This document shows positions 33,302 through 44,894 of a stretch of 57,246 bases of DNA, one piece after another (the stretch's first letter is position 1; each line of letters begins with the position of its first letter). The stretch covers positions 1 through 57,246 of the forward strand of contig JAUQVK010000091.1 in the NCBI GenBank assembly GCA_039794845.1, given 5' to 3'. Origin of the DNA: Thermostichus sp. DRC_bins_24. Its GTDB lineage: Bacteria; Cyanobacteriota; Cyanobacteriia; Thermostichales; Thermostichaceae. A program made the position numbers and the translations under genes. The notes under the pieces were generated by a model that was not told the origin of the DNA, did not search any database, and was given only the letters and a program-made list of their open reading frames with translations.

Positions 33302-33970
33302 ATGGGGATCAAACTGCTACTCGGATCCGACTACCACGGCAGCGCCAAGTTGATCCAACAGGCGCTGGCCCATCTGCCCCAAGTGGATGCCTACATCAAC
33401 TGTGGGGATTTTTGCTCCAAAGCCGGCAAACCCTCCCGCAAGGCCACACAGGGGTTGCATCCGGCAGCCCAGGCAGAAGTGGCCCACCTGCAATCTTTTC
33501 TGGCGGCCGTGGAGCGCATGGGCAAACCCTGGCTATTCCTACCGGGCAATCATGACCCAACGGCTCCTGTTTTGGATCCCCTGGCTGGAACTTGGGGGCG
33601 GGCGATCACCCAATCCTGTTGCTTTGAATGGCTGGGACTGCGGGTTTTGGCCGTACCCTGGACGCCTCCCTGTGGCTGGGGATGGCAACTGACGTCTCAC
33701 CACTTGGCGGAGCTGCTGGCCCTGTACGGACAAACGACCGCTTCGATTGATTTGTTGATCACCCATGCGCCGCCACGGGGTCTTTTGGATGAGGGGGGTA
33801 AATGGTACCACCGGCGCACGCCGACGCTGCGCCCCCTTTTGGATCTGCTCCAGCCTCGCTATTACCTCTGCGGACACATGCACTGGGATGGCGGTAAGGT
33901 CGAGCGCTGGGGCTCCACCCTTGTGGTGAATGCGGCGCTGCACAATATGGTGCTCGAGATACACCGGTAA
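33302..33970 (+). CDS. Calcineurin-like metallophosphoesterase
   Basis: SDYHG, CGDF, PGNHD, THAPP and CGHMH. Confidence 0.9.
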   Translation: MGIKLLLGSDYHGSAKLIQQALAHLPQVDAYINCGDFCSKAGKPSRKATQGLHPAAQAEVAHLQSFLAAVERMGKPWLFLPGNHDPTAPVLDPLAGTWGRAITQSCCFEWLGLRVLAVPWTPPCGWGWQLTSHHLAELLALYGQTTASIDLLITHAPPRGLLDEGGKWYHRRTPTLRPLLDLLQPRYYLCGHMHWDGGKVERWGSTLVVNAALHNMVLEIHR

Positions 33971-34049
33971 AGGGTTGTGCAGCCCGCAGAAGGCTCCCGT
34001 AGCAAGAGACCACAGTTTAATTGGAGTGTGAGCCTTACCCTGATTGGGG

Positions 34050-34434
34050 GAAGAGTAAAGAAACTCCTGACCCTTTGGTCAGTCCAGGTGTTATAGGAGT
34101 GGATTTGGGTAGAACCGATTAGCCGTTACTGCTGAAGGAGAAAACCACAGCAACCAAGACATCAACCGCGTGAGAGAGCATTACGCCAAGCTGAGAAGGG
34201 CACTCCAGAAAAAGGCCGGTAAGGGCACAAGATCCGGTCGGCGTATACGCAAGGTGCGGAGCACCCTAACGGTGCGGTCAATATCGCAAAATGGGGGGCT
34301 GCTGTAAACCGGCCCGAAGGTTCGCGTCTTTTCTGTTCATTGGACAGGGATGATGCAGGGCTATTGAAAGCCCGCGCTCTATGCCTAGCATGTTGGCGTT
34401 AGCCTGCCGTTAGGCATTGCGTCAGGTAGTTTAC
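34050..34434 (+). mobile_element. tnpB: Internally deleted, frameshifted IS200/IS605-family tnpB remnant with intact-looking right end
   Basis: Hand translation gives GVIGVDLGRTD (RuvC-I, 34087-34119), a frameshift, AVTAEGENHS...REHYAKLRRALQKKAGKGTRS, then a deletion to NGAVNIAKWGAAVNRPEG (after RuvC-III). It ends in hairpins and GGTAGTTTAC at 34434. Confidence 0.8.
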
Positions 34435-34451
34435 AGATATGGGTTTCGGAT

Positions 34452-34718
34452 TCAGTCGTTGTGGTGTTCTGGGTAGGGATCCCATTCCAAGTCATCGTGG
34501 CGATGCTCTCGTTCCCAACGATGCACCCAATCCCAAATGCGGTAGTGTTGATCAGCGTTGAGTTGGGTCGGATCTTGGGCCAAAGCAACAGCTTCTTCTG
34601 CGGTGAGCAGAGCCGCCTGAGTGCCGATCTCCACCAAGTGGCGGCGTTCTTCGGCAGTGGTGTTGGCTTGGTGAAGCCGTCGAATTAAACGACGCAGCAA
34701 GAGTACATCTTGACTCAT
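34452..34718 (-). CDS. Hypothetical protein (88 aa), likely co-transcribed with murC-murB
   Basis: ATG at 34718, 28 nt downstream of the murB stop. Confidence 0.6.
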   Translation of the reverse strand: MSQDVLLLRRLIRRLHQANTTAEERRHLVEIGTQAALLTAEEAVALAQDPTQLNADQHYRIWDWVHRWEREHRHDDLEWDPYPEHHND

Positions 34719-34746
34719 AAGCTGATAAGTGCCGATCAGTAAAGAC

Positions 34747-35718
34747 TCAAGAGGACAGGTCAAATGGGCCCAAAATGCGCACCTCCGGCTCCAGTAGCAA
34801 CGACCAGTGCTGACAAACTTTCTCTTGGGCCAGCCGAATCAAATGGTGAATGTCGCTGGCGGTGGCCCGATCCCGATTGAGGATGAAATTGGCGTGGCGC
34901 TCCGAAATTTGCGCCCCACCAATCCGGTAGCCTTTGAGCCCCACCTGCTCGATCAACCAGCCCGCCGGATAGGTTTCGGGATTGCGGAAGACGCTGCCAC
35001 AGCTGGGCAGGTGATAGGGCTGAGAGCTAAGGCGTTGGTTGAGGTTACGCTGGGTTTCCAACTGAACTTGGGCCGGATCCCCGCCCGGGATCAACTGCAA
35101 GGTTGCCCCCGTTACCGTCCAGGCGGAGTCTTGCAGCCGAGAGCGACGGTAGCCAAACTGCAGATCCTCGGGGCTGAGTCGGTAAAGTTCCTGTTCTTCA
35201 TCCAAGATCTGTGCTTCTACCAGCACATCCGCAAGGGCATAGGCATGGGCCCCGGCATTCATGACCACGGCTCCCCCCAGTGTGCCCGGGATCCCAATCG
35301 CCCACTCCAACCCCTGCCAACCCTGCTTCGCTGCTGCCCGCGACAAATTCACCAGGGGCTCCCCGGCGGCGGCCCAAATTCTCCCCCCCTCCAACAGCTG
35401 CATGCCACGCAACCGACGGGTGTTGATCACCAACCCCCTCAAGCCGGCATCGCTAATCAAAAGATTGCTGCCCGCCCCCAACAGCGTGACCGGGATCCCT
35501 TCCGCCCGCGCCCAACCCAAACATTGCCGCAGTTCCAAATCGGTGCGGGGTTCGCAGTACCACTCCGCTTTGCCCCCAACTCGAAAAGTGGTCAAAGGAG
35601 CCAAGAGGATCCCTGACTGAATCAGCCCAGAAAGTCCAGCAAAACTTGAGGTGGAAGCCAAAGGGTCGGGTGTACAGGAGGAGCTATCCTGCCGGATCAT
35701 CACTGGAGCCGTAGTCAT
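34747..35718 (-). CDS. murB: UDP-N-acetylmuramate dehydrogenase
   Basis: TTFRVGG, LGAGSN, GIPGTLGGAVVMNAGA, SCGSVFRNP, HANFI. Confidence 0.97.
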   Translation of the reverse strand: MTTAPVMIRQDSSSCTPDPLASTSSFAGLSGLIQSGILLAPLTTFRVGGKAEWYCEPRTDLELRQCLGWARAEGIPVTLLGAGSNLLISDAGLRGLVINTRRLRGMQLLEGGRIWAAAGEPLVNLSRAAAKQGWQGLEWAIGIPGTLGGAVVMNAGAHAYALADVLVEAQILDEEQELYRLSPEDLQFGYRRSRLQDSAWTVTGATLQLIPGGDPAQVQLETQRNLNQRLSSQPYHLPSCGSVFRNPETYPAGWLIEQVGLKGYRIGGAQISERHANFILNRDRATASDIHHLIRLAQEKVCQHWSLLLEPEVRILGPFDLSS

Positions 35719-37250
35719 GGGGCCAACACCTCAGAAGCAGCCGTCTCTCTGTCTAGGGCCGAATCTTGAGCTGGCCAGGCCAATTCCCTTCCGGGATCCG
35801 CCAGGGGCTGTTGCTCAGCCTGAACAGCGTATGCCCGCATCGTAGCCGCTATCTGCTGATTCAGATCACCCGCGCCCAGAAAAGTCACCAGATCCCCAGG
35901 TTGCAAAACAGACTGCAACACCTCCGGCAACTGCTGCAACGACGATACATACCGCACGCAGGGGTGATGCTCGGCCACGGCTACCGCCAATCGCAGGCTA
36001 TCGGAATGCACGGGTTGGGGTTCTCCAGCCCCGTAGGTAGGTACGATCAACACCACATCCGCATCCCCAAAACAGCGGGCAAAGTCTTGGAAAAGGGTGG
36101 CCAACCGGCTGTGGCGATGGGGCTGAAACACCGCCACCAAACGACGCTGCTGCAGACGGGCCGCCCGCAGGGTTGCCTGAATTTCGCTGGGATGATGGGC
36201 ATAATCGTCGATGAAGGTTACTCCCCCCACTTCGCCTTTGTGCTCGAAGCGGCGATGGGCCCCTTGAAACTGCCTCAACGCGGAGGCGATCACCGAAAAC
36301 TCCAAGCCCAACTGTCGCCCAACCGCAACGGCGGCCAAGGCATTGCTGAGGTTATGGGATCCCAGCACTTGTAACCGCAGCTGACCGAGCAGGGATCCCT
36401 TTTCCCAAATGTCGGCGGTGGTGGAATCCCCGGCATAGACGATCCGGCGGGCCTGATAAAGGGCTTGCGGGTGCTCCTTAAGGCTGTAGCCCACATCCAC
36501 CGCAAGATGGGCAGCCAGATTTGGGCAGTCGAGACAGGCAACTAGGGTCTGACTTTGCGCGGCATATTGTTGAAAGGCACGAATCACCTGCTCCAGATCG
36601 GCGTAGTGATCCGGGTGATCCAGCTCAATGTTGGTGATCACCCCCACCTTGGGATGCAGCCGCACCAGGGATCCATCCGATTCATCCACCTCCGCCACCA
36701 AATACTCTCCCTGGCCAAGGCGAGCATTGCCCTCCCAAGCATCCACCTCCCCGCCAATGATCAGGGTGGGATCCCAGCCCGCCGAGAGCAGCACATAGCC
36801 GATCATGCTGCTGGTGGTGGTTTTGCCGTGGGTACCGGCCACCCCAATGCTGGGGCGATGGTTAAACAGGGCGGCCAACAGATCCGCCCGATGCCAAACG
36901 GCCAACCCTTTCCCAAGGGCAGCGGCCAATTCGGGGTTACTGGGGCGAATGGCGCTGGAGTAGATCACCTGGGGATCCCCGATGATCCCCTCCGGGGTGT
37001 GGCCCTGTACAAAGCGCACCCCCAAAGCTTCCAGACGACGGGTACGCCCATTGGCGGCAATATCCGACCCTGAGACCCGAAACCCCTGCTTGGCCAGGAT
37101 GTAGGCCAGTGCCGACATGCCGACCCCACCAATGCCGACGAAGTGGTAGGCCGAAAGTAACGGATTGAACGGGTCTAAAGTCAGGGGCAAAGACCGAGGA
37201 GGAACCGGCCCCGACGTAATGGGATCCTCCCCCCCAAATGGTTCCAACAT
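35715..37250 (-). CDS. murC: UDP-N-acetylmuramate--L-alanine ligase
   Basis: HFVGIGGVGMS, GTHGKTTT, DESD, DDYAHHP, FQPHR. Confidence 0.97.
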   Translation of the reverse strand: MLEPFGGEDPITSGPVPPRSLPLTLDPFNPLLSAYHFVGIGGVGMSALAYILAKQGFRVSGSDIAANGRTRRLEALGVRFVQGHTPEGIIGDPQVIYSSAIRPSNPELAAALGKGLAVWHRADLLAALFNHRPSIGVAGTHGKTTTSSMIGYVLLSAGWDPTLIIGGEVDAWEGNARLGQGEYLVAEVDESDGSLVRLHPKVGVITNIELDHPDHYADLEQVIRAFQQYAAQSQTLVACLDCPNLAAHLAVDVGYSLKEHPQALYQARRIVYAGDSTTADIWEKGSLLGQLRLQVLGSHNLSNALAAVAVGRQLGLEFSVIASALRQFQGAHRRFEHKGEVGGVTFIDDYAHHPSEIQATLRAARLQQRRLVAVFQPHRHSRLATLFQDFARCFGDADVVLIVPTYGAGEPQPVHSDSLRLAVAVAEHHPCVRYVSSLQQLPEVLQSVLQPGDLVTFLGAGDLNQQIAATMRAYAVQAEQQPLADPGRELAWPAQDSALDRETAASEVLAP

Positions 37251-37404
37251 TGCAACTCCACCCCACTCCTAGAGACCGCCACACCTGAAAAATCGGCACC
37301 CGAAGCACAGGTTCCGAACAGGCCACATCATATCAGGAATCCCTCTGGGGCAGGTAGTTTGCGCCCCACAGGCTGTCGATGGCAGTAAAAATACGGTGGA
37401 AATA

Positions 37405-37420
37405 TGTAACAAATACTACA
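37405..37420 (+). promoter_or_regulatory. Candidate NtcA binding site
   Basis: TGTA-ACAAATAC-TACA matches TGTA-N8-TACA exactly, about 87 nt upstream of the devB-like start. Confidence 0.55.
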
Positions 37421-37506
37421 ACTGGACATCCTTACCCTATGAACTTTACATTTATTTAAGGAAGAGAGGATTGACCATTCACAAGACCACAGCAGGCAAA
37501 ACAACG

Positions 37507-38652
37507 ATGAACCCGCGAGTGCTTTGGTCCTTGGCAGGGGCAGGGGTCCTCGGCGCTGCCGGCTTAGCCGGGCTGGGGCTGAGTCAACAGGGCGCCACCC
37601 AGTCTGTGTCCGAAGGCTCTGAGGCGGCCTTAGAAGCGTCATTGCCCCCCCGCGTTGGCGCCCTTGGCCGTTTGGAGCCCGAAGGGGAAGTGTTGCGCAT
37701 TGCCGGCCCCGCCGGAGAACGGGTGGGGGAACTGTTGGTGGCAGAAGGAGATAGGGTGACCGCGGGGCAGGTGGTGGCCCGTCTGGAGAGCTATGCCGAG
37801 CGCGTCGCCGAGCGAGACTATGCCGCGGCGCAACTGCAGGAGGCCCGCACCCGGTTGGAAGCCGAAACTCGCTTCAGCCAGGCACAAATTCAAGAGGCCC
37901 GTACCCGGGTCGGCCGACTGGATCAGCCGCAGCTGATGCAAATTCGCTCCCAAGAAGCGGTAGTGGAGCGCATTCAGGCGGAACTGGCGGATGCTGAAGC
38001 CAACTTGGCCCGCTTTCAGGCCCTCTGGCAGGAGGGGGCGATCTCCCGGCAGGAGTTGGATCAGCGCTCTTTGCTGGTACGGCAGCGACGGGAAGATCTG
38101 CGCGCCGCTCAAGCCACCCTCACCCAACTGCAAACCACCCGCACCCAAGATCTCCTCAATGCCCAGGCCCAGGTACAGGCCGCCGAGGCCGGTCTCACCC
38201 TGGCCCAAGCCCAAGTGCAGCTGGGATCCCTGGCGCGAAATCTGGAATTGGCAGAAGCTCGTCTAGAACGCACCCTGATCCGCTCACCCCGCGATGGGCA
38301 AGTGCTGCTGATTCGCACCCGTCCAGGAGAAGCGATTGCCGACGGCATTCTCGACCTGGGCAATACTGACCAAATGATGGTGGTGGCGGAAATTTACGAA
38401 ACCGATATTTTGCGCATTCGGCCGGGACAACAGGCCACCATCCGCAACCGCGCCTTGCCAGGAGAGCTGCGCGGCCAAGTGGAACACATTGGCCTACAGA
38501 TCCGCAAGAAAGATGTGCTCAACACGGATCCCGCCGCCGATGTGGATGCCCGCGTGGTGGAGGTGCGCATTCGCCTCGATCCTGAGAGCAGCGCTCGCGT
38601 GGCGGGGCTGACCAACCTGCAGGTGACTGTGGCCATCGATGTGGAGGGATAA
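37507..38652 (+). CDS. devB: DevB-family membrane fusion protein
   Basis: VGALGRLEPEGEV, long coiled coil, VAEIYETDI, DVDARVVEVRIRLD. Confidence 0.9.
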   Translation: MNPRVLWSLAGAGVLGAAGLAGLGLSQQGATQSVSEGSEAALEASLPPRVGALGRLEPEGEVLRIAGPAGERVGELLVAEGDRVTAGQVVARLESYAERVAERDYAAAQLQEARTRLEAETRFSQAQIQEARTRVGRLDQPQLMQIRSQEAVVERIQAELADAEANLARFQALWQEGAISRQELDQRSLLVRQRREDLRAAQATLTQLQTTRTQDLLNAQAQVQAAEAGLTLAQAQVQLGSLARNLELAEARLERTLIRSPRDGQVLLIRTRPGEAIADGILDLGNTDQMMVVAEIYETDILRIRPGQQATIRNRALPGELRGQVEHIGLQIRKKDVLNTDPAADVDARVVEVRIRLDPESSARVAGLTNLQVTVAIDVEG

Positions 38653-38661
38653 GCACACCTG

Positions 38662-39846
38662 ATGTACTCCCTTTTGAGTCTGGCCTTCATCCATTCCAAA
38701 ATCCCCCTGGCTTGGCTGCAACTGACGCGGGAGAAGATCCGCCTGTTGGTGGCCTTGGCGGGGATCGCCTTTGCCTGCATTTTGATGTTTATGCAGCTGG
38801 GGTTTCGGGACAGTTTGCTGGAAAGTGCCATTCGCTTTCATGTGGCCTTGCGCGGAGATATCTTCCTGGTCAGCCCGCAGTCGAATGCCCTGATCGCCAT
38901 GGATACCTTCTCCCAACGGCGGCTTTACCAAGCTTTGGGCTTTGAAGGGGTACAGGCGGTCTCACCCGTCTACGTGGGTTTTGCCCTCTGGAAAAACCCG
39001 GAGACCCGTCGCACCCGCAGCATTTTTGTGGTGGGGTTCGACCCTTCTGCCGATCTGCTCGAATTGCCGGAGCTCACCCCCGCCAAGCTTATAGAGATTC
39101 AAAAAGCCGATGTGGTGCTGTTCGACCGCAATTCACGGAATGAGTTTGGCCCGATCCCGGAGTGGTTTGAATCAGGGCGAGAGGTGATCACGGAAGTGGG
39201 CAATCGGCGGGTAACCGTGGGGGGCTTGTTTCGAATGGGGGCAACCTTCGGGGCAGATGGCACGATCCTCACCAGCGACTTAAATTTCTTGCGGCTGTTT
39301 CCCCAGCGGGCTCGGGGCTTGGTGGATATTGGCGTGGTGCAGGTGCAACCGGAGGTGGATTCGGGGCCGATTGTGCAGCAGATGCGGGCTTTGCTCCCCG
39401 AGGATGTGCGGGTGCTCTCGCGGGAAGAGTTCATCGAGATGGAGAAGACCTACTGGGAGGAAGGCACGGCGATTGGCTTTATCTTTGGCCTCGGGGTGGG
39501 CATGGGCTTCATTGTTGGCATTGTTATCGTCTATCAAATCCTCTACACGGATGTATCGGATCATTTGGCGGAATATGCCACCCTCAAGGCAATGGGCTAC
39601 ACCGATGGCTATCTGCTGGGGGTGGTGTTTCAGGAGGCGATTTTTCTGGCGGGGCTGGGCTATATTCCCGCGTTTGCCCTGGCCATTTTGCTCTACGACT
39701 TGACGGCCAGTGCCACTTTGCTGCCGGTGGGCATGACCTTGAATCGGGCTTTATTGGTGTTGGGTTTGGCGGTGACCATGTGTTTCATCTCCGGGGCGAT
39801 CGCGGTGCGACGGTTGCGGGCGGCGGATCCGGCGGATATTTTTTAA
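38662..39846 (+). CDS. devC: DevC-family ABC permease
   Basis: IPLAWLQL, GIAFACILMFMQLGF, YQILYTDV, EYATLKAMGY, ADPADIF. Confidence 0.93.
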   Translation: MYSLLSLAFIHSKIPLAWLQLTREKIRLLVALAGIAFACILMFMQLGFRDSLLESAIRFHVALRGDIFLVSPQSNALIAMDTFSQRRLYQALGFEGVQAVSPVYVGFALWKNPETRRTRSIFVVGFDPSADLLELPELTPAKLIEIQKADVVLFDRNSRNEFGPIPEWFESGREVITEVGNRRVTVGGLFRMGATFGADGTILTSDLNFLRLFPQRARGLVDIGVVQVQPEVDSGPIVQQMRALLPEDVRVLSREEFIEMEKTYWEEGTAIGFIFGLGVGMGFIVGIVIVYQILYTDVSDHLAEYATLKAMGYTDGYLLGVVFQEAIFLAGLGYIPAFALAILLYDLTASATLLPVGMTLNRALLVLGLAVTMCFISGAIAVRRLRAADPADIF

Positions 39847-39900
39847 CGGATTTTCTGGGTTGTTGTTTGTCCTGTTGTCGAAAAGGATCCCTGTTTGACC

Positions 39901-40638
39901 ATGCTCACCTCTTTGCTCACCGAATCTTCTTCTCCAAATACAACCGCCACCGCTGAACCGGTGCTGCAGGTGCAGGGGGTGAACCACTATTTCGGTGAGG
40001 GATCCCTGCGCAAACAAATCCTCTTCGACATCAACCTCACTTTGAACTCTGGCGAGATCGTTTTGATGACCGGGCCTTCGGGATCCGGCAAAACCACCCT
40101 CCTTACTCTATTGGGGGCCTTGCGTTCCGTACAGGAGGGGAGCCTGCGGGTGATGGGCCAAGAGTTACGGGGAGCCAAACAGAGCACCTTGATCCAAGCC
40201 CGTAAACAGATTGGGTATATTTTTCAGGCCCACAACCTCCTCAAATGCCTGACGGCAGCCCAGAATGTGCAGATGTCTCTGGAATTGCACGACGGCCTTT
40301 CTCCCAAGCAGGTCAGGCAACGGGCAGAGGAGATGTTGGCAGCCGTGGGCTTGGCGGATCGCACCCACTACTACCCGGAGAAGCTCTCCGGCGGGCAAAA
40401 ACAGCGGGTGGCCATTGCGCGGGCTTTGGTCAGCCACCCCAAGCTGGTGCTGGCGGATGAGCCGACGGCAGCTCTGGATAGCAAATCCGGTCGGGAAGTG
40501 GTGACCCTGATGGAAAAGCTGGCGCGGGAGCAGGGCTGTACCATTTTGATGGTGACCCACGACAACCGCATTCTGGATGTGGCAGATCGAGTGTTGCACA
40601 TGGAAGATGGCCGTCTGCAGAGCCAATCAATCGGCTGA
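39901..40638 (+). CDS. devA: DevA-family ABC ATPase
   Basis: [30 protein letters not shown]. Confidence 0.93.
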   Translation: MLTSLLTESSSPNTTATAEPVLQVQGVNHYFGEGSLRKQILFDINLTLNSGEIVLMTGPSGSGKTTLLTLLGALRSVQEGSLRVMGQELRGAKQSTLIQARKQIGYIFQAHNLLKCLTAAQNVQMSLELHDGLSPKQVRQRAEEMLAAVGLADRTHYYPEKLSGGQKQRVAIARALVSHPKLVLADEPTAALDSKSGREVVTLMEKLAREQGCTILMVTHDNRILDVADRVLHMEDGRLQSQSIG

Positions 40639-41592
40639 GTGCTGACGATACCACGCGATGGTGCGCTGGAGTCCTTCTCGCAGGCTAACTTTGGCCACAA
40701 ACCCCATCGCCTCGCGGGCCTTGGACACATCCAAACAGCGGCGGGGCTGGCCGTTGGGCTTGTCGGTTTGCCAGCGAATCTCTCCGGTAAACTCCATCAG
40801 CTCGCAGATCAGGGTGATCAGATCCCGGATGGAGATCTCTTCGCCGGTGCCCAAATTGAGGGGATCCGCTCCGTCATAAAGCTGACTGGCCATGACAATG
40901 CCACGGGCCGCATCTTCGGCGAAGAAAAACTCGCGGGTGGGGCTGCCATCTCCCCAAACATAAAGGTGATCCTGCCCCTGAATTTGCGCCTCATGCACCT
41001 TACGGATTAGGGCTGGGATGACGTGGGAACTGGCAGGGTCGAAATTGTCCATTGGGCCGTAGAGGTTGACCGGCAACAGGTAGATACCGTTAAAACCATA
41101 CTGCTGCCGATAGGCTTGCAACTGCACCAGCAAGGCTTTTTTGGCCACCCCGTAGGGGGCATTGGTCTCTTCTGGGTAGCCGTTCCAGAGATCTTCTTCC
41201 TTAAAGGGAACGGGTGTGAATTTGGGATAGGCGCAGATGGTGCCCACACAGACGAACTTCTCGACCCCGGCTTGATAAGCGGCGTGGATGAGCTGGGATC
41301 CCATGATCAAGTTGTCGTAAAACAGCTCGGCCGGCTTGGCTTGGTTGAGGCCGATCCCGCCCACATGAGCCGCCAGATGGATTACCAAATCTTGCCCTTG
41401 CACCACCTCCTGGCAAACCTCCCAACGGCGCAGGTCATGGGTTTGGGAGCGCGGGATCCGCACCTGCTCAGGACTGACCCCCAGCACCTGCAGCTGTTGC
41501 ATCACGTGTTTGCCTAGGAAACCACTGCCCCCCGTGAGCAAAATGCGCTTTTGGCTGAGATCGAGGGCGGTTGAGGGGCTGTTTAGGATCAT
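40627..41592 (-). CDS. fcl: GDP-L-fucose synthase
   Basis: [22 protein letters not shown] (YxxxK), [17 protein letters not shown]. Confidence 0.93.
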   Translation of the reverse strand: MILNSPSTALDLSQKRILLTGGSGFLGKHVMQQLQVLGVSPEQVRIPRSQTHDLRRWEVCQEVVQGQDLVIHLAAHVGGIGLNQAKPAELFYDNLIMGSQLIHAAYQAGVEKFVCVGTICAYPKFTPVPFKEEDLWNGYPEETNAPYGVAKKALLVQLQAYRQQYGFNGIYLLPVNLYGPMDNFDPASSHVIPALIRKVHEAQIQGQDHLYVWGDGSPTREFFFAEDAARGIVMASQLYDGADPLNLGTGEEISIRDLITLICELMEFTGEIRWQTDKPNGQPRRCLDVSKAREAMGFVAKVSLREGLQRTIAWYRQHSAD

Positions 41593-41667
41593 GACCAAGC
41601 TGAGGAGAACCACTGCCCTTGATTATCCCAGAGCGACCAAAGGTTTTGCTCGGCTACGGTTCTCTCT

Positions 41668-41742
41668 TTTGCTCTATGTCTGTTTGCTCTATGTCTGTTT
41701 GCTCTATGTCTGTTTGCTCTATGTCTGTTTGCTCTATGTCTG
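41668..41742. repeat. Perfect tandem repeat (TTTGCTCTATGTCTG) x5
   Basis: Five exact 15-bp units read directly, followed by a degenerate partial unit. Confidence 0.97.
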
Positions 41743-41781
41743 CTCCATGTCACCACCATCGTCATCGCGCCTGTGGGCAGG

Positions 41782-42129
41782 CTACGGAGCTTGTCGCAGG
41801 GCATCCCGGTACAGAACCTCGAACACCAGCAGCGTCCAAAGGATATAAACGCCAAGACCCACCAGTACCTTGGGCAGGATCCCAACTCCACTCCAAAGGC
41901 GGGGCAAGAGGACAAAGCCCAACAAGTAGCCCCACAGCAAACCCAAAGAATAGCCTAGGCTCATCAGGTAAGCGATGGCCAGAGCCCCCAACTCCAGGCT
42001 AGGAGGAAATTGCCGTTGGAATAACCAGAGATAAAACTGGGTTAACCTTAACCCCAGCCAGGGGGGAGCGAAAGTGGAAACAAGCGCCCAAAGGAGAGTC
42101 AGGCCGACGACTCCAAGCAATTTCCCCAT
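41782..42129 (-). CDS. Hypothetical membrane protein (115 aa)
   Basis: Three to four hydrophobic segments; GGAGG RBS upstream of the ATG. Confidence 0.7.
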   Translation of the reverse strand: MGKLLGVVGLTLLWALVSTFAPPWLGLRLTQFYLWLFQRQFPPSLELGALAIAYLMSLGYSLGLLWGYLLGFVLLPRLWSGVGILPKVLVGLGVYILWTLLVFEVLYRDALRQAP

Positions 42130-42264
42130 TCACCGCCTCCTGCTCAATACAACACAACCATCGACATGGCCCTTGCGCGGGTTCTCTACAGCAGGAAACG
42201 TGCTTTCTACTCCCGCTTTCGCGAGGCCCGGTGGGCTAGCCCTCCAGAGAGTAGATCTCAACTT

Positions 42265-42316
42265 CCATACTCATTACCTGTGACCAGCGGCCATACTCAT
42301 TACCTGTGACCAGCGG
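42265..42316. repeat. 26-bp perfect tandem duplication
   Basis: CCATACTCATTACCTGTGACCAGCGG at 42265-42290 and 42291-42316. Confidence 0.97.
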
Positions 42317-42442
42317 CGCCCTATGGTGGGCGAACGCGCCGGCGTGCCCTGGACGTAAAGGGCTGTACAGCTATCTTAACCAACCGTTTCTTCCTCAGTT
42401 TTCCTCCTCAGTTTTCAGTGGATTGGATCGAGAAGGTTAAGC

Positions 42443-43927
<1,485 letters not shown>

Positions 43928-44273
43928 GTAATCCTACCACCCGAATTGCGGTAAGCTGGGGGGCTTCACAATTTGTTCGTATGGGTGTTCGTATGGGTGA
44001 AGGAAATCGAGCTACAGCCTTTTCGAGCAATATCTACTACACTGGAGGCCGTACAGTGGGCGCCTACTCATCCGTTGCCCAGCGAGGATTTCTCCGTTGC
44101 CTTACACCCTGTGTGAAGTCAGAAAAGACTATCTCTGAGGATAGGAGGATGAAAGCCATGTCGAGATACAGCCCTTGCACGGGTCTTCTACGACAGGGCT
44201 TACGCTTGCTGTTCCTGCTCCGCAGGGTAGAGCACCTAGGCTTTACGCTCACTTGTTGTAGAAGGGGATCCCG

Positions 44274-44711
44274 ATGGCATCTAATGCGGATATTGTTCGC
44301 GAATACCACACGCGTCTCTGGGCCCAGGGAGATCTCAGCGCCGTTGAGGACTACTGGCTACCTACAGCCGAAGTGCATATGACCGGCTTTGATGGTAATG
44401 GCATTGAGGTGGTGAAAGCCGACGTAGAGCGCTATTTCAAGGCATTTAGTGACGTAGAAACCCAGATCAATCACCTCGTCACGGAGGGAGATACGGTGGT
44501 CTTACACTGGACCACCAGCGGCCTCCACGTCGGTACCTACGACGATATTCCCGCCACTCAGAAGCGAATTACCATGACGGGTATCGATCTGCTGCGTCTG
44601 TCAGAGGGGCGCTTTGCCGAGTGCTGGTCGATGTGGGATGGTCTGTCGGTCTACGAGCAACTGGGGGTGTTGAAACTGGAGCGACCGTCCCCTTCTGAAC
44701 CTTCTGAATAG
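44274..44711 (+). CDS. SnoaL-like / ester cyclase (NTF2-fold) protein
   Basis: LWAQGDL, AFSDV, EGDTVVLHWTTSGLH, PATQKRITMTGIDLLRL, GRFAECW. Confidence 0.88.
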   Translation: MASNADIVREYHTRLWAQGDLSAVEDYWLPTAEVHMTGFDGNGIEVVKADVERYFKAFSDVETQINHLVTEGDTVVLHWTTSGLHVGTYDDIPATQKRITMTGIDLLRLSEGRFAECWSMWDGLSVYEQLGVLKLERPSPSEPSE

Positions 44712-44894
44712 TTCATCCATGCTTAAGTTCCCTGGGATCCACAGCATCTGCCGGATCTGGGCAATTGTTATCGGCAGCTCACCGGTGATGAGGTTGAGGT
44801 AAGGAGATCATTTGGTCTTGAACGGGTCTTGATGACGTCTGGATTGCAGGTCTTGCTGATGACTTCACCAATCAAGCTACAGCTCAAGTACGGT

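Noticed and set aside
41668..42316. Possible CRISPR array (15-bp x5 and 26-bp x2 repeats)
   Set aside because: The units are directly adjacent with no spacers, and no cas genes are nearby.
43930..44273. Xanthine (NMT1-motif) or guanidine-II riboswitch upstream of the oxygenase cluster
   Set aside because: ACGG and ACGA words are present (~44179, ~44190) but are not closed by proper stems, and I found no xanthine consensus.
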